A stretch of DNA of 64,000 nucleotides from the NCBI RefSeq assembly GCF_001194135.2, contig NC_069003.1:19191653-19255652 (forward strand). The letters run 5' to 3'. The notes beneath the pieces were generated by a model. The model was not told the DNA's origin and searched no databases. It saw nothing but the letters and a program-made list of their open reading frames with translations. The stretch comes from Octopus bimaculoides. Lineage: Eukaryota. The translations under genes were made by a program, and so were the position numbers. Below, piece by piece: positions 1-13,020 of the stretch (positions are counted from its first letter, which is position 1; every line of letters begins with the position of its first letter).

Positions 1-34
<34 letters not shown>

Positions 35-1549
35 CGAATATAAATGTGTGTGGTCAAAATTCTGATACCTGATGGCCACAGGAAACATCTAAAAGACTTT
101 CTTGGAACAATGTGTGATTTGCCTTTGAACTTTTCAGGAGTTGAAGCTATCCTTAACAGCAATTAAACTCCGCCCTAATTAACAAGTTTTTGTACAGTTT
201 CTCTCTGTTAAGTTTCACTCAGGATATATCAGACATTTCAAGAGACTTCAACCCCAGATGCTGCGCAGTGGTACTGAGCCCAGAACTATGTGGTTATTAA
301 GCTAATTTCTTAACCACAAGGTCATACTTGTGTTTGTGTGCATGTGTGTGCGTGTATGCATGTGTGTGTGTGTGTGTGTTTATGCAGGTGTGTGTACATA
401 TATATATATATATGCAGACATACAAATGAAGACAACAAGTGTTTGTAAACCAAAAAGTTATATAAATAAATACGTCTGCATAATAAACAAGACAAAAGAA
501 GTATAGAATAGATCACAACAACATCAATAATAATAACAACAACAACGATAAATATATGAAGGTTGCTAACCTTAGCAACTATTCCAGCTCACTAGAAAAG
601 CTTATTTTTGCTTTACTTATTTACTTTTGTAAAGGAATCTGGCTGCTCTATGATTTGTATGATACCAGGATTGTACATGTTTTAAGGGGTGCACGGGTTG
701 GGCAGAGGTAACATGGAGGACAGTGGCTTGTGATAATTATTTAATATTTATGATTTGTAAATTGGGACAATTTCTTTGTAGTTTCAATAATGAAAGGAAC
801 CAAAATAATTTACTAAGTGAGATGAGTCAAAACTTTCATTGCAAGCTTATTTTAAGTTTCTTTTTAATTGTAGCTATTACTATTATTATTATTATTATAA
901 TAATATAGAACTGCAGGAAACTCTAGAGTTTCATATGGGTGGGTGGTGGCAGATGGGAAGAAAAATGATTCTGGACTTGCTTATTCTTTTTTGTTTTGGA
1001 TTTTTGATTTTGAAATTTTTTTTTAATTGGAAACAATTTTTCATTTTACATTATTATCATTACTATTATTATTTACATATAAATGACATTAGAAATGTCT
1101 TATCTCAGATAGAAAATTGTAGATGAGAGAAAGGATTTGGGGTGGAATATATATATATATATATATAAATATATATATTATATATATATATATATACATA
1201 TATCATTGGGAATAACAAGTTGAATTTGTTGGAGCAGCAAGATATAACCCATTATTAGTAGCTTTTAGAAGAGGGGAGACCACCTGTTTGGAAAAGAGAA
1301 AGATAGACATAGAAAAATCAGGAAACATCAAATGGTTGATTAACAACAACAGCAATAACAAAGCGTAAAATAAATGTTGGTATAGACCTGTAAGAAATAC
1401 TTCAAAGATAAAAAAAAATTGCTTAGAATGAATGAAAAGAGTGACAATTATCAACTAATATATATATATATGTATTTACACAAACGGATGTTAAATGATG
1501 ATGATATGTATACATATATACATTGACAAATACAAACATATATTATTCT

Positions 1550-1770
1550 TTAACAAGAAAAAGTAGTGGTAGTGGCTTTGAAGTTTGGTCTACCAAGCAA
1601 TCATTATACCATCCAATGATGGCTTAGCAAGCCAAAACTTCAGTCACTGTCACCACTCTTCTTGTAAAAATATAAATATGCACTGTACAAAAAGTATGGA
1701 GTAATCTTTCAGTTTAAAATAAAATATGTCTTATTATAACTTAACATAAAAACAAACATTTATATATATG
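1550..1770 (+). mobile_element. Family E fold-back element (Penelope-like end with a degenerate hammerhead motif), copy 1
   Basis: Imperfect hairpin around 1604-1614 and a GGCTT-AGC-AAGCC stem at 1621-1633. Shares the tail ttattataact(t/g)aacataaaaacaaacattta with the copy at 56954-57150. Confidence 0.55.
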
Positions 1771-3639
1771 CCATATTTGCAGGAGAGGAATCTGGAAAAA
1801 GATTTAATATAGAGTAAAGAAATCAAGATAAAACATGTAATTTTTGTTTATTGGAATAATTCATAACTCTTGTTATATATTCTGACTGAAAGAAGGGGAA
1901 GAAAAAACAAACAAAAACAAAAAAACAAAAAACCCTGGCAAAAATTCTCAACAAAGAATCTTTGGTAATTGGTGATGTACTAACTTTAACAAATAGCATT
2001 ACATAGTCATTTCTAGTACAAGGTAAAAAAAAAAATCAGAATATTTTATCTAGTGAGTGAAAAATGTGTGAAGAGAAATTATAGTGAGTCAACCTGAGTG
2101 TATGACTGGTACTTAGTTTATCAATTCTGGATAGAATGAAAGGTGAAGTTGGCCTTGGCAGGATTGGAATCACTTTAATAAATATAAATATTAAATAATC
2201 ATTTGTAGTGTAGGTTAAAAGACCAGAATATTTCATCTAATGGGTAAGAGAGAGAGAGAGAGTGTTATAGTCAAGTCAGTCAATCTCAGTGTATGATAGG
2301 TACTTATTTTATGAAGGTGAAATAAGCCTTGATGGGATTTGAACTTAAATCAAAAGTTTCATTCTCTAACTAATTAAATTTAAGGTCCCTTTTTATTACT
2401 ATTTACACCCATTTCATTTTCAAGGTGAAAAGTGTTTTTCCTATTGTTTTTCATGAGTTTTGAATGAAGCTGATTTTCAAAACTGTCAGAAATTACTCCT
2501 TCTTTAGTTAAACCTTTCTCTGCAGCTGATAGTCTAGGGCAAGAGAATGTCTCTATGCATTACTTCAACCTGCTAGAAATAGCAGATGAACAATCTCCTA
2601 CTGGAAATGTGTATTCATGCACACACTGAATGTCTTGAATAATTTGAGTACTGGAATAGTTTCTTGTCAGACTTGCACTAACTCTTTAACGTGAAGCAGA
2701 TGTAATAGTAAAAATGTACCAATTTTGAAAGTGAAACAAGTGTAAAAGTAAAAATTTAGCAAAATTTCATCTATCATGCTACTACTACAAATGATTCCAC
2801 ACATTCCCCTTAAATGGCATTAACCTAAGTACAGCTATTGCTAAGAATTTGTGACATTTCAAATGTTTCACTCTTTTGGGAAGAAAAATATTTTCAGTCT
2901 AATCCATTCACTGGGTTAGATGAATACATATAATTGAAACATTGTTTTAACATGCAGATGTCCTTCTTGCTGCTAACACTTACATTTTTAAATTAGGAAG
3001 TTTTCTTTCCACTCATCTTTGAAAATACAGAGCTACAGGTTGATTTGTTGATAGGGAAATGTCAACAAATGTCACCATTCATAGCTCAGTAATATTTTGG
3101 AGCAGAGCAGAATGTAAACATTCACAAAGACACCGATACACATATACACAGCAAAGGTATCTAGCTGAAGAAACCATGCCAAAACAGGAATTGGGGCCTG
3201 ACACTATCCTCTGGTTTGTCAGATCCTGTTGGACTATTTAATCCTTGCAGCATGAAAGATGGCCGTCAAATGATGATGATATATACACACACACACAGCC
3301 TTGTATAAGAGCCATGTTTTCTACCACCATACTGAAAAGACGTAGCTCTTTGATCCCTAAGCTGTAGCAGTAGCTAGTTTGAACTTTTGAAGGCAAAGTT
3401 TGAGAGTTTTAGAGCTTTTTTTTTTTTAAATATTTCATATCTCTATTTAATAATCTTGCATGGGTTTGATGCTCTGTTGGATATTTAAATATTAGTCAAG
3501 ATGGAAGGACAGTGCCCACAGTCATTTACAGGGACTCCAAGCCTTTGGACAGGTGAGAAAAAGATATTTCTTAGACAAGAGACCTAGCCTGATTGCTTGT
3601 GGCAGCATGGGTTCTGCTAAATTACTACCTTGACACACA

Positions 3640-4075
3640 GGATGTCAAGGTAGTGATTTTAAACTGGATGATGGGTAAAGTTTATTACTTAACTAGGCTA
3701 TGGTGGAATTTGAACTAGAACATAGAGGTGGAACTAATACTACACACCATCTCATCCAATGCTCTAACAATTCTGCCCTGGACTGCTATTTTATTTACTG
3801 GCTCTGGAATGATGAAAGTTAAAGCTGACCTCAGCAGGATTTGAACTAAAAATGCTGATAGTCAAAACAAACACTACAAGGTATCATCCAATGCTCTATT
3901 AATTCTGCCAGTCTGCTATCTTAGACTGGTACTTTATTTACAGACACCCAAAAAGAATGAAAGACAAAGGTGACTTTGTTGGAATTTGAAATCAGAACAC
4001 AAGCTGCTAGAATAAAAATCACAAAACATTTTGTCCAGTGCTCCACTGATTCTGCCAATCTGCTACATTTTAAAC
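3640..4075 (-). mobile_element. Cluster of about 3 degenerate family A SINE head fragments
   Basis: Repeated gaatttgaact...tccaatgctcta...ttctgcc modules, the reverse complement of the family A tRNA-like head. Confidence 0.6.
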
Positions 4076-4819
4076 TTTTAACTGAGAACATGGAGTGATA
4101 CACTGAAATACTGTAAGGTGTTCTGTCTGATTTTCAAAATGTATTTGTCTAGCGAGTGATTTGATTTGAGACAGTGTGTTGAAACTAAAGCAAGTACAGT
4201 ATGGAAGGCACATATCAGCCATTCAAAAACACACAGAAACTGTTAATTTAATCATTTATTACTTGGTGTCAAAATTTTTCACTGCACTCTCTATGACCTG
4301 GTCATTGACATCATTCCACTGCAACTGGTTTGAAACTTGGTTGCTGATCAGTATACATAGGCCTCAGGATTTTAAATCAAAAATTATTTTTCTTCTTTTC
4401 CTCTCCCCTGCACAGGCCAGTCATTTAGGTTGTCATCACATACTACCCCATAGTAGGTCAGTTATGTTGTCTGACAATCTACCAATTCTATCAGTCTGTT
4501 ATCCCCTCTTGTTATTAATATAATAACGACATACCAATTAGGAAAAGCAAACTTAGAACCAATTCCAAGACAAAATAAAAATGGAATATTGACCCAGAGT
4601 TGTACTGAAGTTCATCAGAATATCGATTCTTTATGTATATAAGCAGCACTATTTTCCATCAGCTATAGTCACAATGTAACATTTTATCAATTATGTAAAT
4701 ATGAGGAGTGGAGGATGGAAGAGGGAAATGAATTATTCACTTGAAGAAATAGCTTCATAATGGAGACAAACTTTTTGAACTTTTGAATATTTATGCCAGG
4801 AAAAAATTATTTTTGTGCA

Positions 4820-4883
<64 letters not shown>

Positions 4884-4904
4884 CACATATATGTATGCGT
4901 GTGT

Positions 4905-5298
4905 TACATGGTGCCCCTAAGTCTGGATTTATAAGAAATTTGCCAACACACACACACACACACAGTTATTCATTTTATATTTATATTTTGTCTCTTATAA
5001 TAAAATTAATTACAATTTCCCTTTACAGCTCAATATGAATTCGAAACATGACAGATCACAACATTGAAAAATTACTAAGATGCTTAGCATTGAAGTCAGT
5101 AGTAGCAATGTCTTCTCTGTTAAGATCCCTGTCTTATTTATATAAGAACAATTTTTTCATTGCAGTCATCTATCATTAGTTTTGAATTAATATTGAGCTG
5201 AAAACAAAAGGAAAACACAATATTAATTTGGTTAGACAATGAAGAAAATAAAATAAATACAGTAAGAAAGTATAATATATATATATATATATATATGC

Positions 5299-5332
<34 letters not shown>

Positions 5333-5385
5333 ACTCACACACAAGGCATTTTTTTGGTGGGTTCATACTTTTGAGGACAGCCTGT
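4905..5385. mobile_element. Possible old Tc1/mariner deletion derivative
   Basis: The right end atacttttgaggacagcctgta resembles a Tc1 TIR ending in TA. The left end tacatggtgcccctaag matches it only weakly. Confidence 0.3.
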
Positions 5386-5857
5386 ATGTATTGAATGAAT
5401 AATGCATTTCCATTAGTTTCAGCATTAAATATTTAATTAACCAGAGACACAAAACAGCATCGATTAAAATATAAGTGTGTACAATTATATTTAACACATT
5501 TGCATGCACTCGGACATGAGAAGACCTTTCACTGCAGAAATAGTCTCAAGAGAAAATTCTTCTCATAGACGATGTGTGAAAACACATTACTGGGCTATGA
5601 ATGGCATCATCAGACTGTAGGAGGTCGTCTGATTAATAATAGTCTGTGCTTATTGAATTAGGGTGTATGTGGCAGAATATACCAGAATTATGTAACCTAT
5701 CCTTAATGTAATTCTCAAGCAGAATCATTAACTAAACCAAACCTATTTATTTTTGCGTTGATTTGCAATTTCTCACAATATTCAAATTCAGAAAAATATG
5801 CAATTTTTACTTTATTCATGGGTATTTCTATATTAGGTCATGTCTGTCTATTGTATT

Positions 5858-6209
5858 TATCTTTTATCTTTTTTGTTTCAGTCATTGGACTGTGGCCATC
5901 TGGGGCACTGCCTTGAAGAGTTTAGTTGAACAAATTAACCCCAGGACTTATTTTTTAAGTCTGGTACTTATTAAACAAACCAACACCAGTTGTCAAAATA
6001 GTTGTCAAAATACAAACAGTTGTCAAACAGTGGTGGTGATAAACAGGAACAAACACAGATACAGACACAACTTCTGTCTACCAAATTCAATCACAAGGCA
6101 TTGGTTGGCCTGGGGCTATAGTAGAAGACATTCACCTAGGTGTTGTATGTGGACTGAACCCCAAACCACATTGTTGCAAAACAAACTTCTTAACTACATA
6201 GCCATGCCT
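5858..6209 (-). mobile_element. Family B tRNA-derived SINE
   Basis: The reverse complement gives the head ggcatggctatgtagttaagaag...ggttcagtccac, the body gtcttctactatagcc and the tail gactgaaacaaaaaagataaaag, shared with more than 10 other copies. Confidence 0.8.
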
Positions 6210-6664
6210 CGTAGTCTCTTTTTTTTTTTAAAAACTTTTACCGCAATATTCACAATTTATGTTGACTGTAAGTTACTATAAATATTTAATTCAAATAAAT
6301 ATTTGAATTTCCATTTTAATACAAATGTAAATATCTTCTTAATGTTTAATTTTTAATTTCTAAAATCTAAATTAGCTTTCCCTTCTATTTCAATTTGATT
6401 AAATACTCGTATCTTCTTGTGTTGAATTTATCTCTTTCTAAATTTAAATGTGTTTTCTTATTTCTTTTCTTCTCTGCTATGTGTTTAAATTGTTTCAAGA
6501 ACAAATTTAAGTTTGATTCATTTAAGAAATACTGCTACTATACTAATTGCTATTAAATCAATAATTAACCATCAGTTTCAATAGAATTGTCTAGAAAAAA
6601 AAAATTCAATTATTTATAAGGCTTAATTTTTTTCTCTTTCCCAAATTTTTGATATGAAAAATTT

Positions 6665-6941
6665 TGATAGCATGTTGTCAACTCAATGTGACAGTTCCAT
6701 AAAAGGGGAAAATGCTACCGTTATTTAGCCCTAGGAAACACCGTTTCCTGTTGCACTTGACACATTTCCCATGTCCTTATATTTTCAAAGTGGAGACAAG
6801 CACCTCCACTCAGCACTTTGAAAACATAAGGACACAGGAAATGTGTCTAGTCCAACAGGAAACGGTGTTTCCTAGGGCTAAATAACAGTAGCATTCTTCC
6901 CTTTTATGGGACTGTCACATTAAGTTGACAACATGCTATCA
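6665..6941. repeat. Fold-back palindrome (MITE-like): 128-bp arms, 21-nt loop
   Basis: Arms 6665-6792 and 6814-6941 align ungapped at 118/128 by hand. Confidence 0.95.
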
Positions 6942-8347
6942 CTTTATTGCACTACTACTACATAAATCTCTCTGAGAGATTTAGAAATATCTTATTTCTA
7001 TGAAAAAATTTTTATAAGCAAATAGGATATAAAAAAAAAATAGTGATCAAAAAATTAAATTAACTAAAAAATAACCTATTTGTTTTCAGAAGATTTGTTA
7101 AATTTTAAAAGATTTAAAAATAAATTTAATAAATTCTTATTGAATCATATTGGATTTTTACTAATCCTCTGCATTATTATTTATATATTTTTAAAACTTA
7201 CAATATTGCAATCATACATTATCTATCTATCTGTCTATCTATATATATAATTTTGAAGAATACTTTTGAATTATGAGTAGTATTAGGAAACATTAAGGAA
7301 TATAGTATACATACAACAATTATAATTTATCTTTTACAAAATTTCTTTGGGCTTATACAAAATGATGAAATGAATACTAATTATCAAACAAAAAATATTT
7401 ATTATTTTAAAACAAAATTAAAACAAATTTCAATTTCTCATGTGTGTAACCCCTCCCATATCTACCATCATTTATTCTTTCCTCCTGACACCAAGCCTAG
7501 TATGTGCACTCATCCTGCATCTTTTACGTCAACTCTTTCTATATTTCTCTTTTATTTCCTCTCTCCCCATTCTTTCTCTATATGATGTAAAGCATGACTG
7601 GAGAATCAGTCAACCAACCAACCAACTAACATTTATATCCAGTATTATCAAAAAGATATTATCTGTAACCTGTCACTCATGTTTTACCTGAAAAGACATT
7701 GATATAATCAATATCTTTAAAGGATGGAATCCAAAACATATGTTTAAATAAATTATCAATATGAACATTTATATGACACAATATCTGTTCAACAATATGA
7801 TTTACAAATAAAAATTCCTTGAAAAAAAAAATCAAATTCATTACAAAATTAAAAAATAAAATTAAATCCATACATTATCAAAGTGATGATTTGAAGAAAA
7901 TGAAATTGAAACAATAACTGGAAGCATTTTGTCTGCTTCTCTAAAAAATTGGCCAATCCATTGCTATTATAAATTCCATAATATGAATAGGCATTGTATA
8001 ATATGAATAGGCATTGTATGATGTGTATAGGGATGACACATAAATGTAAAAAGGTAATAATAGAAAAAAGGGAAGACCTCCAATTTTGGAAGAATACTTA
8101 AAAAATGAAAAATAATTAATAAAACTTGAGATTTTGCAACCACATTACCACAAGTAAAATAAATGTACATAATCTTTACATAATCTTTGAAGTGGTTTCA
8201 AGACAATAGATAAATATTTAAATATTTACTACTGGATTTAAGTGTCTCATATGACTGGAGAGATTTAAATATAGAAATTAGAGATTAATATACAGAGCAG
8301 AGAAAATGTAAAAGAAAAAAAAGGTAGCTGTCAAGAATTTTACTGAC

Positions 8348-8492
8348 CTCTGCTGTGTTTGCCTTTCGACTTGCCACCACTTGTGTGAGACTCAGATTTG
8401 CGCATTCCCCCAGTACCTGAATTGCGCGTTGAAGATGTCCGAGAACCTGCTTTTAAGCGTCCGATTGTTAAAACAACTTTCCCCATAAGTGT
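8348..8492 (-). CDS. MPDZ: Exon k: TLMGKVVLTIGRLKAGSRTSSTRNSGTGGMRKSESHTSGGKSKGKHSR(G)
   Basis: 145 nt. Acceptor ccttatttttccag, donor G|gtcagt, phase 0 to 1. Matches MPDZ SLGTVTLEVGRIKAG followed by a Ser-rich linker. Confidence 0.93.
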
Positions 8493-9651
8493 CTGGAAAA
8501 ATAAGGAAGAGAAATAGATATCAGAAAATGAAAGTAAAAGACTATTTTAAAAGTCTATTACACAAACACCCTACTTTCTGGCATACAAGTCGAATTTTTC
8601 AAACCAAAATTCAGAGACAAAAAGGGTAGGTCAAATTATACACCTAGACAACTTTGGAGGATCAAAAATTCCATGTGAAATGCAGCAGGTTTTGGGAAGA
8701 TGATGATGATGATGTTTGAATATTTACACTATATACTGTGTTGATTTGTATGCCAGAAAATAAAGTATACTGCCAAGAATGATCATTTCTGACAATGATA
8801 CATCTCCATATCTACATTTAAGCATCCACCCCATCTTTTGTTATAGCTGACTGTGGGTTGCTGTACCTGGAAAGTAACTCTCCTATGCACAGGCCTGAGC
8901 AAGGTTTGTTTTATGGATGACCAGTAGTTGTCCATGCATGTAAGTCTCTCCTCATTATGCTACTGATGATGCCAATGGAAAGGGCTGCCTTAGAGCCACT
9001 TCAGTCTGGCACCATTGTTTCACAGTTCTGTTCTGGCACCAGTGTTTCATTGTTATTAGAACATAAAATACCAAGAGATACAAGACACCTCATCAGGCAC
9101 TCTAACTGTTCTGCCATTCCTTTGCCACGAGGTCAAATTCTACCAAGGTTAACTTTGTCTCTCATCTTTTCAAAGTTGATAAAATAAAATGAAAAAAATT
9201 AACACAAGGAAGGAACAATATTTTTTAACCAGCTTCTGCTATCTGATTGGTATTTATTCATTGATTCTATTACGAAGTTGCAAGGCTAATTCTTGAGTTA
9301 TACTGATCAGAATATAGACTCATAATGTAAAAGGACAGAACTAAATATGAAACCTGAAACTAGATCACTAACTGGTTTTAAAAATAAACAAAATGAAGTC
9401 TACTCAATTATATAAAGAAAGGAAATGAAAGGATCTGAAATAGATCCTCTGATGATTTCAAGGATGAGCATTCTAATTCTTTGGTCAAACCAACAACTTT
9501 CTCCCTATTCAATTATGAAGCACATGACTAAGTATTCTACAGGCACTGATAGTCTTAATATAATCCATAGACAGATCCAGTATGACACAGTATATGACAA
9601 GGTTGGACTCTTTGAATAACAGGTACAGCCTAATGGATTTAGCCTCCACAC

Positions 9652-10478
9652 AATTTTTGTCTCCCCATCACCAACAAACACATGACTTCCCTCTGTGTTG
9701 TGTTAGATATGTGTTTCATTTGAAATTGCAACCCCACCTGCTATCCACCATAAAGCCAACTCTTTTTGTTGGGGACAACATTGATTCCAGTTCGTAGTAT
9801 TTTGTAACAGCTTATCCATTTCTCAAAACACTATGATCTTCTTTTTTAAAATATTGGATTTTGAAGTGCACATAAAATTATAAATCAGAACATGTAAATA
9901 TTGGAGTTTCTATTCAAAAGGATTTTTCAACCTGATATTTACATGTTATTTGTAGCTTTATGTGAGCTTTGAGATCTACTATTCCAAAAAAAAAAGAATT
10001 ATTTCACATTCTCTTGAAAGATTATAAAATTTTTATGACTTCAACTCTATAATATTCTTTTTTATAATTTAGCTGGCCCTCCAAGACTGGTGGGGGTAGG
10101 GGTAAGGGAGGAAGAAACTAAAATCCATGGATTTTAGTTAAGATATTCTAAGATATCATAGTTATTCTCCAACTAAGATATCACAGTTATTCTCCAACTA
10201 AGATATCACAGTTATCCTCTAACTGGAATATTTCTATTAAGTGGATATTGTCAATTAAAGGTACCCAAGGGACTGGTGGTGGTGGTCTTAAATTGGGTAG
10301 CTGTTGTATGTATTTGACCTACTCACCCAGATCACCCCTCAGCTGATATGTTTGGCATAGACATTGGGAAGTTGGCTTTATGGTGGGTAGCAGGTGGGGT
10401 TGTAATTTCAAATGAAGCAAGTACCTAAACAACACAGAGGGGAGTCATGTGTTTGTTGGTGGTGGGGAGACAAAAATT
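9652..10478. repeat. Inverted repeat pair of about 110 bp (9652-9761 and 10370-10478) around a spacer of about 600 bp
   Basis: gttggctttatggtgg(a/g)tagcaggtggggttg(c/t)aatttcaaatgaa...ggggagacaaaaatt is present in both orientations. Confidence 0.85.
10149..10224. repeat. 25-bp minisatellite, about 3 copies (aactaagatatcacagttattctcc)
   Basis: Direct tandem units are visible. Confidence 0.85.
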
Positions 10479-11443
10479 AACCCATGATAGAGTCAGAGGA
10501 GCATTCTCAAGACACACAGCATGTGTGAGGATTTTTAAGCCTAGAAGTGACTATCTGAAGATCTGAAAACAGCTGGCCTCTTCTTCTTCAACAGAGAAAG
10601 AGAGGGAGGAGGGGAGAAAAAGAGAGAGAAGAGAGAAAGAGCAAGACAGAGAAGAATGGACATTGCTCTGGACTGTAGTTTTATTTATTGACCCTGAAAG
10701 GGTAAATACTAAAGTTGACATTGGTAGGATTTGAACCTAGAGCCAGAACAAAAGCCACAAAGCATTGTATTTGATGCTCTAACAACTCTGCCAACTCACC
10801 ACCTCGAGTCACTGATCCACGGATTTACCAGTTACATTAATCTGACATGTTAAAGATCATGAGCACTGCCCACCCTCTTCTCTGACTAAATTCTAAAGCA
10901 AAAACCAAAAAACTAAAAATAAATAAAACCTCAATAGGCTTATGATACATTCATTAAATGAAGTAAAAACGAGAGAGAATGGAAGCTAGGCTGTAGTCGT
11001 CTTGGATGGATAATGAAAACATCATCCTTAATTGTATGATACTTGCCTTATTAACTCATAACATTGTCAATAAAATTACCCAGAATTCCCACATTAACTG
11101 AAATAATCGAAGGCAAAACAACAAAAATACTGTACTTAATAGAATTAACAATTAAATTGATTTTTTTTGTCTGTATGAAACTATAGAATTAGCTGTATAA
11201 TAAACAGAATTGTTCTATAATAGCCTAATGGAAATAGCTTTAAACACAATATTGTTGCATTAACAAATATGATTATCGTTAAAGGATATTTCTATGAGAA
11301 TTATTGATAAATTTCATTCAATAAATGACAATGACTGCTACTATTCCTCTTTTGAGGAGTTAACCTTAAGTTAATTCATCATAACAATGAGGAAGGCAAA
11401 AGTAGAAAAAAAAAAAGCAGCAAATAACAAAATAATTCCATAC

Positions 11444-11560
11444 TTTCAGTACTGCAGCTGCGTGGTCTTGCGTTGCTTGGCGCATATCTTCTCCATTTAC
11501 ACTTAAAATTTGATCACCTTGCATCAAACGGCCATCTGCTTCAGCCACACCACCACGGAC
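11444..11560 (-). CDS. MPDZ: Exon j: [39 protein letters not shown]
   Basis: 117 nt. Acceptor tttattcttag, donor AAA|gtatgg. Near-identical to [36 protein letters not shown]. Confidence 0.97.
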
Positions 11561-11669
11561 CTAAGAATAAAACATTATTCAATAATGAAGATTTCTTAAA
11601 TTGGCCCAGGGCCAGATATTAAAGGAGGGTAGGGGGTGTTACAAATGACAGCACTGACCCCAATATTTT

Positions 11670-12068
11670 ATCGTCTATCTTTTACTTGTTTTAGTCATTG
11701 GACGACAGCCATGCAGGAGCACAGCTTTGAAAGGTTTAGTTTTACAAAATTCACTCCAGTACCTATTTTTCTAAGTTTGGTAATTATTCTATCGATGTAT
11801 TTTGCTGAATTGCTAAGTTATAGGGACATAAAAAAGCCAACACAGGTTATCAAGCAGTGGTCAGAGCAAAATTACAAAGACACAGATACATATATACACA
11901 TGATGGGCTTTCACACAGTTTCCATCTATCAAATTCACTCACAAGGCATTGATCAGCCTCGGCCCATTGTAGAAGAGACTTGCCCAAGTAGCTGTGCAGT
12001 GGGACTGAACTTGAAATCACAGGGTTGCAAATCAAGCTTCTTAATCACACAGCCATACCTGTGCCTAT
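11670..12068 (-). mobile_element. Family B SINE, near full length
   Basis: Head, body, internal CA/TA tract and tail modules are all present. It lies about 110 nt upstream of the exon j acceptor. Confidence 0.8.
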
Positions 12069-12446
12069 CTTATAGATTTGTAATTTTGCTTTCTTTTCAT
12101 TGACTTCAGAAGAAGGAACAGTAATGTTGACTCTGGCAGAATTTCAGTGAAAAGTATAAAGAGAGGAGTGCACAGCAAAACAGTGCAGGGTATATTGTTC
12201 ACATGTTCAACCAATTCTGATAACCCACTGCCTGATGTCACAATATGTGGAGCCATGATTAAGATGTTTGTGCCATTTGCTTAGGTTCCTTTACATTCTA
12301 AATTCAAATCCTACCAAGGTCAGCTTTACTTTTAATCTTTCTGGGGTCAAATACTGAAATCTATCTGGATGACAGTTTCTTCCCCAACAAATTTATGGTA
12401 TTGTGGTTAAGTTAAAACTTATAATCCTTCACATTATTATTGATTG

Positions 12447-12778
12447 TGTAGTAACGCCGTGCGCATGCGTAGTCTTACGCATGCGTAGAATTAAACAACC
12501 AAGCGTTCCCGCTCAATTCATTCTCTTTCTTGCTGGCCAGCGATTGAGCATGGACGTATTTAAGCTGTCTCTCTACATCTTTCGGACTTACACTCGACAG
12601 CTCACTCACAACTACAGAACAACGTCCCAACAACTATGCTCATACACACAGAAGCTGTAACAACAAGAACTAATGATGTACATATTTACCACCTGAATAA
12701 AGTGTTGTTTAAGTTGATAGTCTGGAGTTCAGCGTTCCGTTATATTCCTTAATTTTATTTAGGAAAGTCAGGTATACA
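12447..12778 (+). mobile_element. CpG-rich solo-LTR-like element
   Basis: Starts TGTAGTAACG and ends TACA. Contains TATTTAA at 12557-12563 and AATAAA at 12696-12701, with many retained CpGs. No clean TSD found. Confidence 0.5.
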
Positions 12779-12829
12779 TCTAATGATGTATAACCAACTT
12801 TCCTATAATTGTAATTATTTCTAATTTTG

Positions 12830-13020
12830 TCACTAGGTCAGCTATTTTGAGTGTCGAGGACAAATCAATTACATCAACCATATCAACCCCAGTGCTCAAC
12901 TGGTACTTATTTTATCAACCTTTAAAGGATGAAACGCAAAGTTGACTTCAGTGGGAGTTGAACTCAGAACATAGACATTCAGAACAAATATCACCAAGCA
13001 TTTTGTCTGGTGCACCAATG
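12830..13020 (-). mobile_element. Family A SINE
   Basis: ccccagtgctcaactggtacttatttt...gaaacgcaaagttgac...ttgaactcagaac is the reverse complement of the family A body and head. Confidence 0.75.

Noticed and set aside
1255-1283. Possible terminal exon giving ...HSRGGLPSSKSY*
   Set aside because: The acceptor is good, but several equally strong cryptic acceptors nearby also stop early. It cannot be chosen without transcripts.
6570-6590. 21-nt frame-preserving microexon candidate (DNSIETD)
   Set aside because: The acceptor is strong but the donor (gttaat) is poor, and there is no homology support.
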